From an uncultured bacterium (lineage in GTDB: Bacteria > Verrucomicrobiota > Verrucomicrobiia > Limisphaerales > UBA8199), in the NCBI GenBank assembly GCA_963749495.1, contig CAVVMW010000001.1, positions 480,001 to 544,000 of the forward strand: a stretch of DNA of 64,000 nucleotides, read 5' to 3'. Both the position numbers and the translations under genes were made by a program. Below, piece after piece: positions 17,656 to 28,898 of this stretch (its first letter is position 1; the number at the start of each line of letters is the position of its first letter). The notes under the pieces were generated by a model, which saw only the letters and a list, made by a program, of their open reading frames with translations, was not told the origin of the DNA and made no database searches.

Positions 17656-19206
17656 TCAGAGCCCTCCGACGGCGCGGCTCAAGGCGTATTGGGCCTTGTT
17701 GTGCTCGGCCAGGGCGGTGACGTAATCGGAACGGGCGTTGGTCAGGTCCTGCTGGGCCTGGATGTCTTCGAGGACGGCGCCGACGCCGAATTGTTTGCGT
17801 TGGCGGGTGAGGCGGAGGGTTTCGGAGGCGGTGGCCAGGTTGCGCCTGGCCAGGTCGATTTGAGCGGCGGTCGAGCGCACCCGCGCCAGGGTGGCGACGA
17901 CTTCGGAGGTGATGGCGTCCTGGAGCTTCGATTGGCCCAGACGGGTGGCCGCCAGCCGGGCCTTGCTGGCGTTGACGCGTCCGGAATCGAACAGCCCGCC
18001 CGGGCCGATGCGCCAGCTCAAGCCCACGGCGTAGTTGCCTTCCGGGCCGAGATTGGAGGGGCCGCTGTCGGGGCCGCCGCCCAGGGCGCCGCCGAAGACC
18101 TGTGCGCCCAGCGAAGGGACCAGCGGGCCATAAACGGCGCCGTCCTTGGCCGCGCGCGCTGCCGAGAGCAGGGCCTGGCTTTGCTTGACCTCGGGACGCG
18201 ACCTCAGCGCCTGCACCACCAGGCCATCCATTGAAACCTCGCTCCCGAAGAGCGTCAGCGGCGCCAACTCGCCCTCTTGCGGGACCAACTCCACCCTCGA
18301 GTCCAGGTGCAGCACCCGCGCCAATTCCGCCGCCGCCACGCGTTGCCGTTCCAGGGCCTGTTGGAGGGCCACTTCGTGCCGTTCCGTTTGCGTCTGCACA
18401 CGCAGTTCGTCTCCTTTAAAGGCGATGCCGGCGGCCACGGCTACGTGCAATTGTTCCTGGTAATCCCTCGAAATGCGAATAGCCTCCTCGACCACTCCCG
18501 CCAGCGCCTTGGCCTTGGCCAGGTCGAAGTATCCCTGGGCCGCGCTCAATGTGGACTCTTGCCGTTGGGCTTCCAGGGCCTGGTCCGAGGCCCTGACCAG
18601 TTGCCGGGCGGCCAGGGAGTTGTAAATGGCGTTGCCCAGGCTGACCTGGGCCGCCACGGCGGCTCCGGGGGAATAACTCTGGAAATGGGCATCGGAGATC
18701 GTCCCGGCGGGCACGGCCTGTGCGACGCCATCGCGGCGGTGATAGGCGGCGCCGGGGGCAACCCAGGGGAAGAATTGCTCGAGGGCGCTCAGGCGGTTGG
18801 CCTGGGCCTCTTTGAGGCGTTCTTGGGCGATGCGGATGTCCAGGTTTTGGGCCCCGGCCAGCCGCAGGGCCGCAGGGAGGTCAATGGGGAAGACGGAGTT
18901 GGTTGGCGCGGGCGGCGCCGCGGCGGCAGGAGCGACGCGGTTCGTCACAGCCGGGCCGGAGGCCTCAGACTGCGCATCCAGAGGCCCCGGCCCCAGGGGA
19001 ACGGTGCAGACAAAGTTGGCAAGGACAAGGAACCGGACGGGCGCCGCCCGGCGCGGAGCGTTTTGGACTGCGGCAGTCCTCTGCCGCTTTTTGGACCGTG
19101 GGGATGCGAAAGCGGCAGAGGACTGCCGCAGTCCAAAACCTTGCGGGTTCGGGGTCGGTTCATGGAGAGCCCCGCGGGCGCTTGGTCTGCACACCGTCAT
19201 TCTCAT
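17656..19206 (-). CDS. TolC-family outer membrane efflux protein with REP-derived N-terminal leader
   Basis: IDLPAALRLAGAQNLDI, RSRPEV, LEDIQAQ..L..AR..Y..A...HN.AQ..L.RAVG; ATG overlaps upstream stop (ATGA). Confidence 0.85.
   Translation of the reverse strand: MRMTVCRPSARGALHEPTPNPQGFGLRQSSAAFASPRSKKRQRTAAVQNAPRRAAPVRFLVLANFVCTVPLGPGPLDAQSEASGPAVTNRVAPAAAAPPAPTNSVFPIDLPAALRLAGAQNLDIRIAQERLKEAQANRLSALEQFFPWVAPGAAYHRRDGVAQAVPAGTISDAHFQSYSPGAAVAAQVSLGNAIYNSLAARQLVRASDQALEAQRQESTLSAAQGYFDLAKAKALAGVVEEAIRISRDYQEQLHVAVAAGIAFKGDELRVQTQTERHEVALQQALERQRVAAAELARVLHLDSRVELVPQEGELAPLTLFGSEVSMDGLVVQALRSRPEVKQSQALLSAARAAKDGAVYGPLVPSLGAQVFGGALGGGPDSGPSNLGPEGNYAVGLSWRIGPGGLFDSGRVNASKARLAATRLGQSKLQDAITSEVVATLARVRSTAAQIDLARRNLATASETLRLTRQRKQFGVGAVLEDIQAQQDLTNARSDYVTALAEHNKAQYALSRAVGGL
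19060..19139. repeat. REP family B inside the tolC-like 5' coding region
   Basis: Translates in-frame as GFGLRQSSAAFASPRSKKRQRTAAVQN. Confidence 0.85.
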
Positions 19207-20438
19207 TTGCTTTCCAAGGGCTGGACGGCCTGGCCGTCGGTGAACGTCCGTTTGCCGGCGAGGATGACGGGTTGGGCCGGGTCGAGGCCCCCGGCGATCT
19301 CGACCTGGGCGCCGTCGTTGAAGCCGGTCTGCACGGGCGTTTTCCTGGCCTTGCCGTCGAGGAGAGCGAAGACGGATGTGCCGGCCTTTTCCACGACCAG
19401 GGCTTGAACGGGCAGGAGGAGGGCCTGCGGTTTGCGCTCGACCTCCAACTGCACGCTGGCGTAAGCGCCGGGCCGGAGCGCGCCGTCCGGGTTGGGGAGC
19501 TCGATCTCGGTGAGCATGGTCTTGGTGGCTGAGTCGAGGGCGTGAGCGAAACGGGTGACGGTGCCGGGGAAGGTCCGCCCGGGCAGTTCGGCAAGTGTCA
19601 TCCGGGCGGGCACGCCGTTCTTGATGAATGGCACCTCGGGTTCCGGCACATAGACTTGGACGCGGACGCGGCTGTAGTCCATGAGCGTGAGCAGGGCTGC
19701 GGTTTGCGGGGTGGTCCCGGCTGTGGCGGCGGGTATGAAGGCGCCCGGGTCCACGAATCGCGCGGTAATTCTCCCGGAGAACGGGGCGCAGATATGGGCG
19801 TATCGAAGGAGGGTTTGGGTCCGCTGCAGCTTGGCCTGTGCGACCTCCCATTGGCCGCGCAGGTCGTCCACGGCCTGGGGCACGACCAGGTCCGGGGCCT
19901 CTTGCCGGGCCTGGGCCATGCGCTCGTAGTTGGTGCGGGCCACGGCGGTCTCGGCCTGGTACTGGGCCTGGTCGGCCTCCAGTTCGGGGACCTCGATCTG
20001 CGCCAGAAATTGGCCTTCCTGGACCGCGTCACCTTTGTCCACCGTGAGCGTCTGCAAGTAGCCGGAGACTTTGGCGTAGAGGGTCGCCTCTTGCAGCGCC
20101 AGGATACGGAAGCTCGGCAGCGTGATGCGGCGGGCGATTTCACTGCGCCTGGGGAGCACCGTCTGGACCGTGACCGGCGCCGGAGGGCTGTGCGCGCCCT
20201 GGTCCGAGGGGCCGCAACCGCAGAGGGCGCAGGCCAGGCAGAGAGCCTCGATGATGTTGGCATCGTGCACGGGGACGCTGAACCGGCAGCGCGTTGCCCA
20301 CCGCGAAGCGTCTTGGACTGCGCCAGTCCTCTGGCGCTTTTTGGACGCTGGGGACGCGAAAGCGGCAGAGGACTGCCGCAGTCCAAAACCTTGCGGTGTT
20401 GGCGGTGGCTCATTTGGGATTTCGGATTTCATTGTCAT
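19203..20438 (-). CDS. RND efflux periplasmic adaptor (MFP) lipoprotein with REP-derived leader
   Basis: LCGC lipobox, LYAKVSGYL..VDKGD.V, ICAPFSG.ITAR, LPNPDGALRPG.Y. Confidence 0.9.
   Translation of the reverse strand: MTMKSEIPNEPPPTPQGFGLRQSSAAFASPASKKRQRTGAVQDASRWATRCRFSVPVHDANIIEALCLACALCGCGPSDQGAHSPPAPVTVQTVLPRRSEIARRITLPSFRILALQEATLYAKVSGYLQTLTVDKGDAVQEGQFLAQIEVPELEADQAQYQAETAVARTNYERMAQARQEAPDLVVPQAVDDLRGQWEVAQAKLQRTQTLLRYAHICAPFSGRITARFVDPGAFIPAATAGTTPQTAALLTLMDYSRVRVQVYVPEPEVPFIKNGVPARMTLAELPGRTFPGTVTRFAHALDSATKTMLTEIELPNPDGALRPGAYASVQLEVERKPQALLLPVQALVVEKAGTSVFALLDGKARKTPVQTGFNDGAQVEIAGGLDPAQPVILAGKRTFTDGQAVQPLESK
20310..20389. repeat. REP family B inside the MFP 5' coding region
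   Basis: Translates in-frame as GFGLRQSSAAFASPASKKRQRTGAVQD. Confidence 0.85.
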
Positions 20439-23400
20439 GCGGCGTCTGCTGTCGCGCTGTTGGGGTCGGTGGGGTCCAGCGAGGCGGAGCGGCGGTGGGC
20501 GCGGGCCTGGACGAGTGAGAAGAGGGCGGGCAGGACCAGGAGGGTGGCCAGCGTGGCAAAGGCCAGCCCGCCCACCACCGCCCGGCCCAATGGGGCGGTC
20601 TGCTCCCCGCCCTCGCCGAGACCCAGCGCCATGGGCACCATACCGGCCATCATAGCCAGGCTGGTCATCAGGATCGGGCGCAAGCGGCTGCGTGCCCCTT
20701 CCACGGCGGCGTTGGCGGCGCTGGCCCCGGCCAGCCGGCTCCGTTCTGCAAAGGTCACCAGCAGAATCGCATTGGCCACCGCCACGCCCACCGCCATGAT
20801 GGCCCCCATGAACGATTGGAGGTTGAGCGTCGTGCCGGTCGCCCGGAGCATGAGCAGGACGCCCGCGATAACGGCCGGCGCGGTCGAGACCACCAGGAAC
20901 GAGAGTTTGAGGGACTGGAAATTGGCTGCCAGCAACAGGAAGATGACGGCAATGGCCAGCAACAGCCCCGTGCGCAGGCCATCGAGCATCTGCTGCAATG
21001 GCACGACCTGGCCGCGGACCGTGACGCTGATGCCCGGCGGCGGCGTGCCCAGTTCCCGGAGCGCATCGCGCACCTGCGCCGCCACGCTGCCCAGGTCCGC
21101 GCCCGCCAGGTTGGCCGTCACCGTCACCATCCGCTGCATGTTGTAGCGCTCATACTGGCCCACGGCGCTGCCCTCCGAGACGGCGGCCACATTGCGCAGC
21201 AGCAGCGCCTGGCCGCCACGGCCCAGGACCGGCACGTTCTGCGCCGCTTCGAGCGAGTCCATCCGGGCCTGCGGCACTTGGACCTGGACCTGGTAGGCGA
21301 CGCCGCTGTTCGTATCGGCCCAATAATTGGGCACGACAAACCGGCTGGAGGAGGTCGCGGTGACCAGGGCGCGCGAGACATCGTCCATCTTCACGCCCAT
21401 CAACCCGGCCTTCTCGCGGTCCACATTGACATCCACCGTGGGGTACTCCAGCGACTGGCCGAACTGCACGTCGCGCAACGAGGCAATCTGCTGCAGCCGC
21501 GCCCTGAGCTTTTCGGCGAAGGCGCGGTCCGCCCCCAGGTCCTGGCCGCTCACCGCGACTTCGATCGGCGTAGGCGAGCCCAGGCTCATCACCCGGCTCA
21601 CGATATCGCCGGGCTCGAAGGAAAAGGCGGCCTCCGGCAGCTTCTCGGCCAGGACCTTTCGCAGGCGTTCCTTGAGGGCCTCGATGCGGACCGGGGCCCC
21701 GCGCCGCAACTGGACCTGCAGCACGCCCTCCTCGGGGCCGCCGTTCCAGAGGTAAATGAAGTTGATCGGATACGACGCCCCATGGACGCCGATGAACCCG
21801 AGGCTGATTTGGACGTTGCCCGGTCCGGCCTCCTGTTTGATCAACTCGAGCGCCTGCAACGCCAGCGACTCGGTCCCGTGGATGCGCGTGCCCGGGGGCG
21901 CGCGCAGGCGCAGTTGGATCTGGCCCGCCTGGACTTGGGGGAGATCTCGGCGCCCAAGTGCCGGCCCGCCAGCCCGATGAGCGCCGCTGCCAGAACCACG
22001 TATGCGCCCGTCACGGCCCACCGCGCCCGGACCAGGCGGCGCCCCAGCCCGGCGTAGCGCTGCTGGAAGCGGGCGAAGCCGCTCTCGGCCGCCGCGTGGC
22101 CGGTGGCCGTCTCTTCGTGCCCGCGCAGCACCCAGACCGAAAGGATGGGGACCAATGTGCTGGAGAGCAGGTAGGAGGTCACCATCGCGAAGCCTACGGC
22201 CAGGGAGAGGGGCAGGAACATGGCCTTGGCGGCGCCGGCCATGAAGAGCGTGGGGCTGAAGATGGCCAGGATGCAGAGCATGGCCAACAGGCGCGGCACG
22301 GTGGTCTCGGTGGTGGCCTCCAGGGCGGCGCGGCCCAGGGAGCGCCCGCGCGTCAAGTGCGTGTGGATGTTCTCGATGGCCACGGTCGCCTCGTCCACCA
22401 GGATGCCCACGGCCAGGGCCAGCCCGCCCAGGGTCATGATGTTGACCGTCTGCCGCGTGAGCCACAACGCCAGGACCGAGCCCATCAGGGAGAGGGGGAT
22501 GTTCAGGACCACGATAAGGGCGCTGCGCCAGTCCCGCAGGAACAGCAGCACCATCAGGCCGGTCAGCACCGCGCCCAGCGCCCCCTCCAGCACCAGGCCG
22601 CCGATGGCCCGAGTCACGAACGGCGCCTGGTCGAATTCGTAGCTGACCTTGACATCGGGCGGCAGCACCGCCTGGAATTTCGGAAGGTTCTCCTTGACCA
22701 GGTTGACCACCGAGAGCGTGGAGGCATTGGCGCGCTTGGTGACCGGGATATAGACCGTGCGGCGGCCGTTGACCAGGGCGTAGCTGGTGACGATGTCCGA
22801 GCCGTCCACGACCGTGGCCACGTCCCGCAGGAAAATCGTCGGGAAGATCCCGGTGCGAATCGGCACGCCTTCGAGGTCTTTGATGTTCCGCACGACGCTG
22901 TTGAGCGGCACCATCGGGTATCTGCCGCCGATGGGCAGGTTGCCCGAGGGGCTGATGAGGTTGGCGGCCGTGACGGCGGCGACCACTTCATCGGGCGACA
23001 TTTGGCAGGAGCGCAGCCGGTCTGGGTCCGGGTTGATGACGATGCTCCGGGCGCTGCCGCCGAAGGGGGGCGGGGCCGAGACGCCCGGCAGCGTGGCAAA
23101 GAGCGGCCGCACCCGGTTGAGCGCCAGGTCCTGCATCTCGCCCACCGTCCGGCTGGCGCTGGCAAAGACCAGGTTGCCCACCGGCACGCTCCCCGCATCG
23201 AAGCGCATCACAAAAGGCGGGACCGTGCCCGGCGGCATGAAGGCCCGCGCCCGGTTCACATACGCCACGGTCTCCGACATCGCCTGCGACATGTCCGTGC
23301 CGGGATGGAACTGGAGCTTGAGCAAGGCGGCGCCCTGGATGGACTTGGATTCGACGTGCTCGATGCCGGTGATGTAGAGGAAGTGGTACTCGTAATAATA

Positions 23401-23592
23401 GGTGAGGTAGCCTTCCATCTGGGCCGGGTCCATGCCGCCGTAGGGCTGCGCAACGTAGAGGATGGGAATCCCCAGCGTGGGAAAGATGTCCCGCGGCATC
23501 TGCCGCAGCGCCAGGGCTGCGCCCAGCGCCACCGCGAGCACCGCCACCACAATCGTCAGGGGGCGGCGCATTGCCGACTGGACCAGGTTCAT
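20435..23592 (-). CDS. RND efflux permease (AcrB/CusA-like); frameshift near 21940
   Basis: [53 protein letters not shown]; two ORFs join at AEI(F)PQV. Confidence 0.9.
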
Positions 23593-23696
23593 AAGGGTTT
23601 CGGGAGGGCTGCCAACACGCTCCCGGCGCAAAGCGCGCCGGCCGGACCAGGCGCCTGGCAGCCTTCATCCTGATTACCGTCTTTGCCGGCTAACCT

Positions 23697-26600
23697 TCAC
23701 CGGCATGGGGGCGATGTCAAGGTCACTGCGCTGCTGGCCTTTCCATGCGTGTGCCAGTGAAGGAGCAGGGCAGCGGTCCGTTCCTGCAACGACTGCGTGC
23801 CGGTGCGCGATGCCGCAAGCCTGGCGAACAACTCCCCGGCCCGGGTCAGCCGCTCCTGGAGCATAACAGCGCATTTGCAGCAGTCACCGGCGCTTTCCGG
23901 CAGGCGGGTCTGGCCATGGATTCCGAGGCGGGCGAGTTCAGCAACCAGGGCGGCTTGTTCGGGGCTGGCGTATTCAGACTGCCGGGTCTCTTTGCCCGAT
24001 TTGAAGATCACCGCGTTGGGATGAAATAGATCGCCTGCGCCCAGCGCCTGAGGTTTGCCTTCGGGGATCTCGACCGGCGTTACTGCCGGAAAGACGGACG
24101 CAAACCATTCCGACACGGCCACGCTCCTCTCCTCGTCCGAGAGCGAATGCCAGATGCTTTGAGCCAGGTCGTGCGCGTCCAGACGGCGCCCGTTGTTCCC
24201 GGCACGGTCCTCCATGGCCTGAATGTCCTGCGTGCGCTGGAACCGGTAGTACTTCGCCGTCTCCCGGTAGAGTTCATCGAGCAGCTCCGCCCGCTGTTTC
24301 GCGTCGGTGACGCCGATGAGTTCGAGCACACAGTTGTCCAGTTCGCGGCGGTCAGGCCGCTGCAGCTCGAGCGGCAGTTGAGGCGGCGTGCGCAGGATCT
24401 CGCGCATCGCCTCTTGCGAGTGGCATTGGAGCATCGCCTCCTCGACCAGGTGCGTCACTTCGCGGTGGGTCATGCGCTCCAGGGCTGCGGCCAAGCGCTG
24501 CGCAAGGCCAGGGGACACTCCGCGTGGATCGGGGAGCTCCAGCAAAACGGTGTCAACCACTTCAGTCTTCAGCGTGCCCTCCGAACCGGCGTAGCGGCCG
24601 TAGAAATGCTTGAACAACGCGACTATGGTGCCGTTGAGCACCGCGGCCAAGGACCGAGCCTCGTCGGGGTTGAGCTCCGGAGTCCGCAGGTAGAAAAGGT
24701 TGTGGTTGCAGACCAAGCCCTCGGGGTTGGCGGGAGCGATGTGGCGGTACTTTTGCGCCATCGGCCAGAGCACAGTCCCGGTGCCCGCGCTCGTCATGTC
24801 GTACCAGAGCGGGCGCGCGGCGCAGGTTGAACGCGCCGGCACGACCACCGCCTGCGATTTCCTTGATTCGAACGTCTGCCTCCCTCCCCAATTGATGTAC
24901 TTGCCGACATAGGTGCGTGAGAGCGTCCGAACGGGCTGACTCACCCAAAGCACGAGACGGTCGAGGTCCGCGGAACGAACAACCGGGCGGTCCACTTCCA
25001 TGAGGCTGTGGACCTCGGGGCGCAGAAACTCGGTTTCAATGGGGTGCAGCGTGTTGTCGCCGGCCCGCACGATGCGGACCTTGCCGCTTTCGACCTCGCT
25101 CCGTTTGCAGGGCGTCATCAGGCCAATATCATTCCACGGCACTCCCCCCTTCACCTGCTCGAGGACTTGAGCCGTGACGTCGTGCGGCATGAAGAAAGCA
25201 TCGCAGCCGCTGGTGATGCCGCGCCGCACCTCCGCGACCTCGCCGAGCCTGACGAGGCGGTTGCCGTAATCACGGATCAAGCGGAAACACAGATCGGGGG
25301 CGCGAAGAAAACGCCCCCACTTGCCGGCGGCGTAGCTCTGGCCGATGCGATACAAGGCCGCGGCCTCCTTGAGCTGGCCGGCTTCATTCTCGTTGTTGGC
25401 TCTTTCGTCGTCTTCTGCGCCAGGCTCAGTTGCCGGCGCTCCCTTGAGCAACTGGCCCGCCCGAACGCCCTCTTCCCAGAGTTGCGCCTGCGTCACTGGA
25501 ATGATCCGCAGGTTCTCGTTCGCCAGCGGCTGATTCGCCTGGAGAATCAAGCGCCGGAGCCATTCAACGGCCGTCTGCCGGCTGGCTTCGTCGCCATGTG
25601 GGCGATCGCCGAGAATCTCCGCGACCGGCTTCAAGAAGCGCACGAATTTCACGACGTTCGCCATCCGTTGCTTTTGATCGTCGCACCGCTGGAGGATGGT
25701 GATTGCCGTCTTGACGCGCGCGTCCTGGAACCACGGCTCATCCAGGCTCTCGATCACCGCCAGCAATTTGAAATTCTGCAAAATCCAGCCTTGCAGGGCG
25801 AAGCCGTACTCGACATCCAACCAACTCGAAGAGGTGAGAAAGCCGAAGTGACCGCCCTCTTTCAGGAAACTGGCGGCTACCGGCCAAAAGTAGCAGTGCA
25901 GGTCGCTTCGCCCGGAGGGCCTGAGCCCCGGCCAGAGGTCTTTGCACAGGTCGCGCAAAAAGTCCTTCGTGGTCTTGAGGCGCGCCTCATGAGCGGCTTC
26001 GGCCTGCCCAGGAAGGCGTTTGAGCTCCCTGCGCCTGGGAATGTGCTCCTGGCGGACATAGGGCGGGTTGCCGACGACGGCATCCAGAGCGGGGAGCGGC
26101 ACGGGGATCATCTCCCTGTCCCGGCCAGGCGAGCGCAGGCCGGGAACGGCGCAAAATTGATCCCGCCGCTCGGGGATAGCGAAGAAATTGTTGCGGGCAA
26201 TGCACGGGTAGTTCTCCTCGTCCTCGATGTGGCGCGCGGCGAGGTTGAGCGTTGCCAGGTGCGCGGCGAAGACCGCGATGTCGCAGCCAAAGACCTCGCG
26301 GAGCAGTTCCTGGTGCGATTTGGGGGCGTCGAGATTTCGCGGGCCGCCGCGGCGTTGCCCTGAGAGCCAGGCCTTGCGGTGGTAGGCCCGAACCAGAAAG
26401 CTCCCGGAACCGCAAGCCGGGTCGAGGACCGTGTCTCCTGCGCGCCGAATGCAGAAGGCGTTGATGATGTCGACGATGTCCTCGTTGGTGAAAAATTGGC
26501 CGAACTTCTGCCGTTCCTCCGGGGCGATGAGCCGTTGGAAGATGTGGCCGATGACATCATAGGGGATCTTGCGGAAGTCGTATTCGGCCAGATGCGCCAG

Positions 26601-27587
26601 GACGCCTCTCCACCCTTGGCAGGCAAAATCCGACGCGAAGACCAGCGCGCCGGCCCAATCGCCGACCTGCGGATAGAACACCGGCTCGTAGTCGCCGGTC
26701 TCGAAGACGGCCCGCTGGAACCGGGTTCGGAAATAGTCGTAAATGCCCTGGTGGCCTTTGGGTCCGCGCCGCGGCATCTTCAATTCCGGCAGGTTTTCGG
26801 GATACCGCACGCGGATGGCCTCGTAGAAAATGGCGCGATTGGAAAAGACGTAGCAGAGAGTTCTCGCGGCATTGTCGAGGGTCCTGCGCCAGTTGTCGGG
26901 GTTGTCGGGGTCGAACGTCCAGTTCATCTCCTCCGACATCCATAGTTGCAGCTTCTGGGCGAATGCCGAGTCGCCCTGGCAGGCGGCCGCAAGATGATCG
27001 CGCGTGCCGGCCACCGGCCAGTCCAGGTGGCTTTCCAGGGAGCGGATGAAGATCTCATCGGGCGGCTTGCCCCACTCGCCTGCCCTGCCCAGCACGATTT
27101 CCGCGAATCGCGCGAAGAAATCCGGGAGGAACTGGTCGCGGATGCTGGCCTGCACCCCGGCGCGCCCGCAGTCCTCCGCCGAGGTCAGGCCCAGGCCGAG
27201 CTCCCAGTCGCGGACTCGCCTCTCGATCATGGGCAGCTTGTACCGGCTGCGGTCAAAGAGGACGAAGGTATTCACGTTCCAAGTGAAGAAGTAAGGCGCC
27301 TGCACGTTGTCGGCCTTGTTGAAGGCGTCCTGCATCAGGGCGCTGTCGTACGGACTGCGGCCCTCGGGCGTGCCGGGCATTTTCACCTCTCCGGTCAGCA
27401 CCGGCGTGCTGCTGCCCTTCCGGTAGATGCGGATGTCCTGGCGTTTGTAGTTGCCAACGCCGTATTCCTGTATTGCCGCCTGGGCAAACGGCCACTCGGG
27501 ATGCCGGCCAAATAGGGCATCTGCCCAGGATTTGACTTCCGCGCAAAAGCCGACTTCGTGAACCCGGACGTTGGTTGATCTGGCCAT
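23697..27587 (-). CDS. Fused Type IIG restriction-modification enzyme (endonuclease + N6-adenine methyltransferase + TRD)
   Basis: N-terminal RQDI...GEVK nuclease-like motif, GQFFT, VLDPACGSGSFL, VVGNPPY, long C-terminal region; 1296 aa. Confidence 0.85.
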   Translation of the reverse strand: MARSTNVRVHEVGFCAEVKSWADALFGRHPEWPFAQAAIQEYGVGNYKRQDIRIYRKGSSTPVLTGEVKMPGTPEGRSPYDSALMQDAFNKADNVQAPYFFTWNVNTFVLFDRSRYKLPMIERRVRDWELGLGLTSAEDCGRAGVQASIRDQFLPDFFARFAEIVLGRAGEWGKPPDEIFIRSLESHLDWPVAGTRDHLAAACQGDSAFAQKLQLWMSEEMNWTFDPDNPDNWRRTLDNAARTLCYVFSNRAIFYEAIRVRYPENLPELKMPRRGPKGHQGIYDYFRTRFQRAVFETGDYEPVFYPQVGDWAGALVFASDFACQGWRGVLAHLAEYDFRKIPYDVIGHIFQRLIAPEERQKFGQFFTNEDIVDIINAFCIRRAGDTVLDPACGSGSFLVRAYHRKAWLSGQRRGGPRNLDAPKSHQELLREVFGCDIAVFAAHLATLNLAARHIEDEENYPCIARNNFFAIPERRDQFCAVPGLRSPGRDREMIPVPLPALDAVVGNPPYVRQEHIPRRRELKRLPGQAEAAHEARLKTTKDFLRDLCKDLWPGLRPSGRSDLHCYFWPVAASFLKEGGHFGFLTSSSWLDVEYGFALQGWILQNFKLLAVIESLDEPWFQDARVKTAITILQRCDDQKQRMANVVKFVRFLKPVAEILGDRPHGDEASRQTAVEWLRRLILQANQPLANENLRIIPVTQAQLWEEGVRAGQLLKGAPATEPGAEDDERANNENEAGQLKEAAALYRIGQSYAAGKWGRFLRAPDLCFRLIRDYGNRLVRLGEVAEVRRGITSGCDAFFMPHDVTAQVLEQVKGGVPWNDIGLMTPCKRSEVESGKVRIVRAGDNTLHPIETEFLRPEVHSLMEVDRPVVRSADLDRLVLWVSQPVRTLSRTYVGKYINWGGRQTFESRKSQAVVVPARSTCAARPLWYDMTSAGTGTVLWPMAQKYRHIAPANPEGLVCNHNLFYLRTPELNPDEARSLAAVLNGTIVALFKHFYGRYAGSEGTLKTEVVDTVLLELPDPRGVSPGLAQRLAAALERMTHREVTHLVEEAMLQCHSQEAMREILRTPPQLPLELQRPDRRELDNCVLELIGVTDAKQRAELLDELYRETAKYYRFQRTQDIQAMEDRAGNNGRRLDAHDLAQSIWHSLSDEERSVAVSEWFASVFPAVTPVEIPEGKPQALGAGDLFHPNAVIFKSGKETRQSEYASPEQAALVAELARLGIHGQTRLPESAGDCCKCAVMLQERLTRAGELFARLAASRTGTQSLQERTAALLLHWHTHGKASSAVTLTSPPCR

Positions 27588-27765
27588 TGGAGTGGCGAGC
27601 CGCCTTTGTTTGTGGTTGCGTTCGGTTTCTTTTTCTCGCGGAATCCGGTTGTCCGGTCTTGCCCGGCTCCCCTCAGACTAAAGCGGGCCCGAACTCGCGG
27701 CAAACCCAAAACGCTTTCACCGGCTCGCGCGGGCACTCCGCGGGCGGTGCCGGGATGCGCGCTCC

Positions 27766-28016
27766 AGGGCCGGAGGCCCGTGATGTGATAGCCCGGGCTG
27801 GAGCGAAGCGGAGGCCCGGGTACACCAGTGCCCCGCGAAGAGCCCTGGCCTGTAGGGCCGGGACCTTATGGCGCCCCTGTAGGGGCGCCACAAGGCTCGG
27901 GAGCCTGGGCAAGGTGTCCCGGCCTTACAGGCCCAAGGCCGTTTCGAGGGGCAGTCGCTTACCTGGGCCTTCGCTTCGCTCCAGCCCAGGCTATCACATG
28001 ACGGGCCTTCGGCCTT
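27766..28016. repeat. Long palindromic REP element (AGGGCCGGAGGCCCG...ATAGCCCGGGCTGGAGCGAAGCG...)
   Basis: ~55-bp inverted arms plus inner hairpins; half copy at 63537-63601. Confidence 0.8.
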
Positions 28017-28025
28017 GCCGCCCCT

Positions 28026-28832
28026 TCACGCCGGGATCGTTCGCATTTCACGGCGGCGCCGGGTGAAGCCGCAGTAATGGGTGTAACCGGCGGAGCGGGC
28101 GAGTTGGACGGCCTGGGCGAAGTGCGAGCCGACTTCCTCGGGGGCATGGGCATCGGACCCGAAGGTGATGGGCACACCGGCCTGGGCAGCCATTTGGAGG
28201 AGCCGGGGGCTGGGATAGATCTCGCGGCAGTCTTTGCGCAGGCCGCCGGTGTTGACTTCGATGGCGGTGCCATGGGCGGCAGCGGCCTGAAGGAAGCGGG
28301 CATAGAGGGGCGCGCTGTCCTGTTTGGGGTAGAAGCAGAATTTCTTGCACAAATCGGCGTGCCCGAGGATGTCGAAGAGCCCCGATTCGGCGGCCTGCGC
28401 GAGCCGCTCGAAATAGAGGCCCCAGACTTCCAGCGGGTCGTGGTCCTTCCAGGAGGACATCTGGGCCGGGTTGTCGATGGCCCAGCCGCCCCGGATGTAG
28501 TGCACCGAGCCGATGAGGTAGTCCCAGGGATGCCGCGCCGCCAGGTCCCGGACCCAATCTTCGCAGCCAGGCAGATAGTCCACCTCCAGGGCGAGCTTGA
28601 TCTCCAGAGCCGGGTGCGCCTGGCGCGCCTCCAGCACCCATTCGACGTAGCGGCCCAATTCGCCGGGATTCATGCGCCAGTCGTCGAAATTGTCCTGCGG
28701 CATCGGGCTGTGATCGGAGAAGCCGATCTCGCGCAGGCCGAGCTTGACCGCCTGGGCGGCGAGCTCGACCGGCCGGCCCACCGCATGGCGGCAGAGCGGG
28801 GTGTGCAGATGGTAATCGGCAGGCCAAGCCAT
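28026..28832 (-). CDS. hisJ: Histidinol-phosphatase, PHP family
   Basis: DYHLHT.LCRHA, GFSDH.P, DYLIGSVH, EVNTGGLRK...E.YP, GSDAH. Confidence 0.88.
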   Translation of the reverse strand: MAWPADYHLHTPLCRHAVGRPVELAAQAVKLGLREIGFSDHSPMPQDNFDDWRMNPGELGRYVEWVLEARQAHPALEIKLALEVDYLPGCEDWVRDLAARHPWDYLIGSVHYIRGGWAIDNPAQMSSWKDHDPLEVWGLYFERLAQAAESGLFDILGHADLCKKFCFYPKQDSAPLYARFLQAAAAHGTAIEVNTGGLRKDCREIYPSPRLLQMAAQAGVPITFGSDAHAPEEVGSHFAQAVQLARSAGYTHYCGFTRRRREMRTIPA

Positions 28833-28898
28833 GAGTTACAGTGCTACAGGGACTCAGGGGCGGTCAAGGGGGGTGACTGTAATCGGTCGGTGAAGGTG

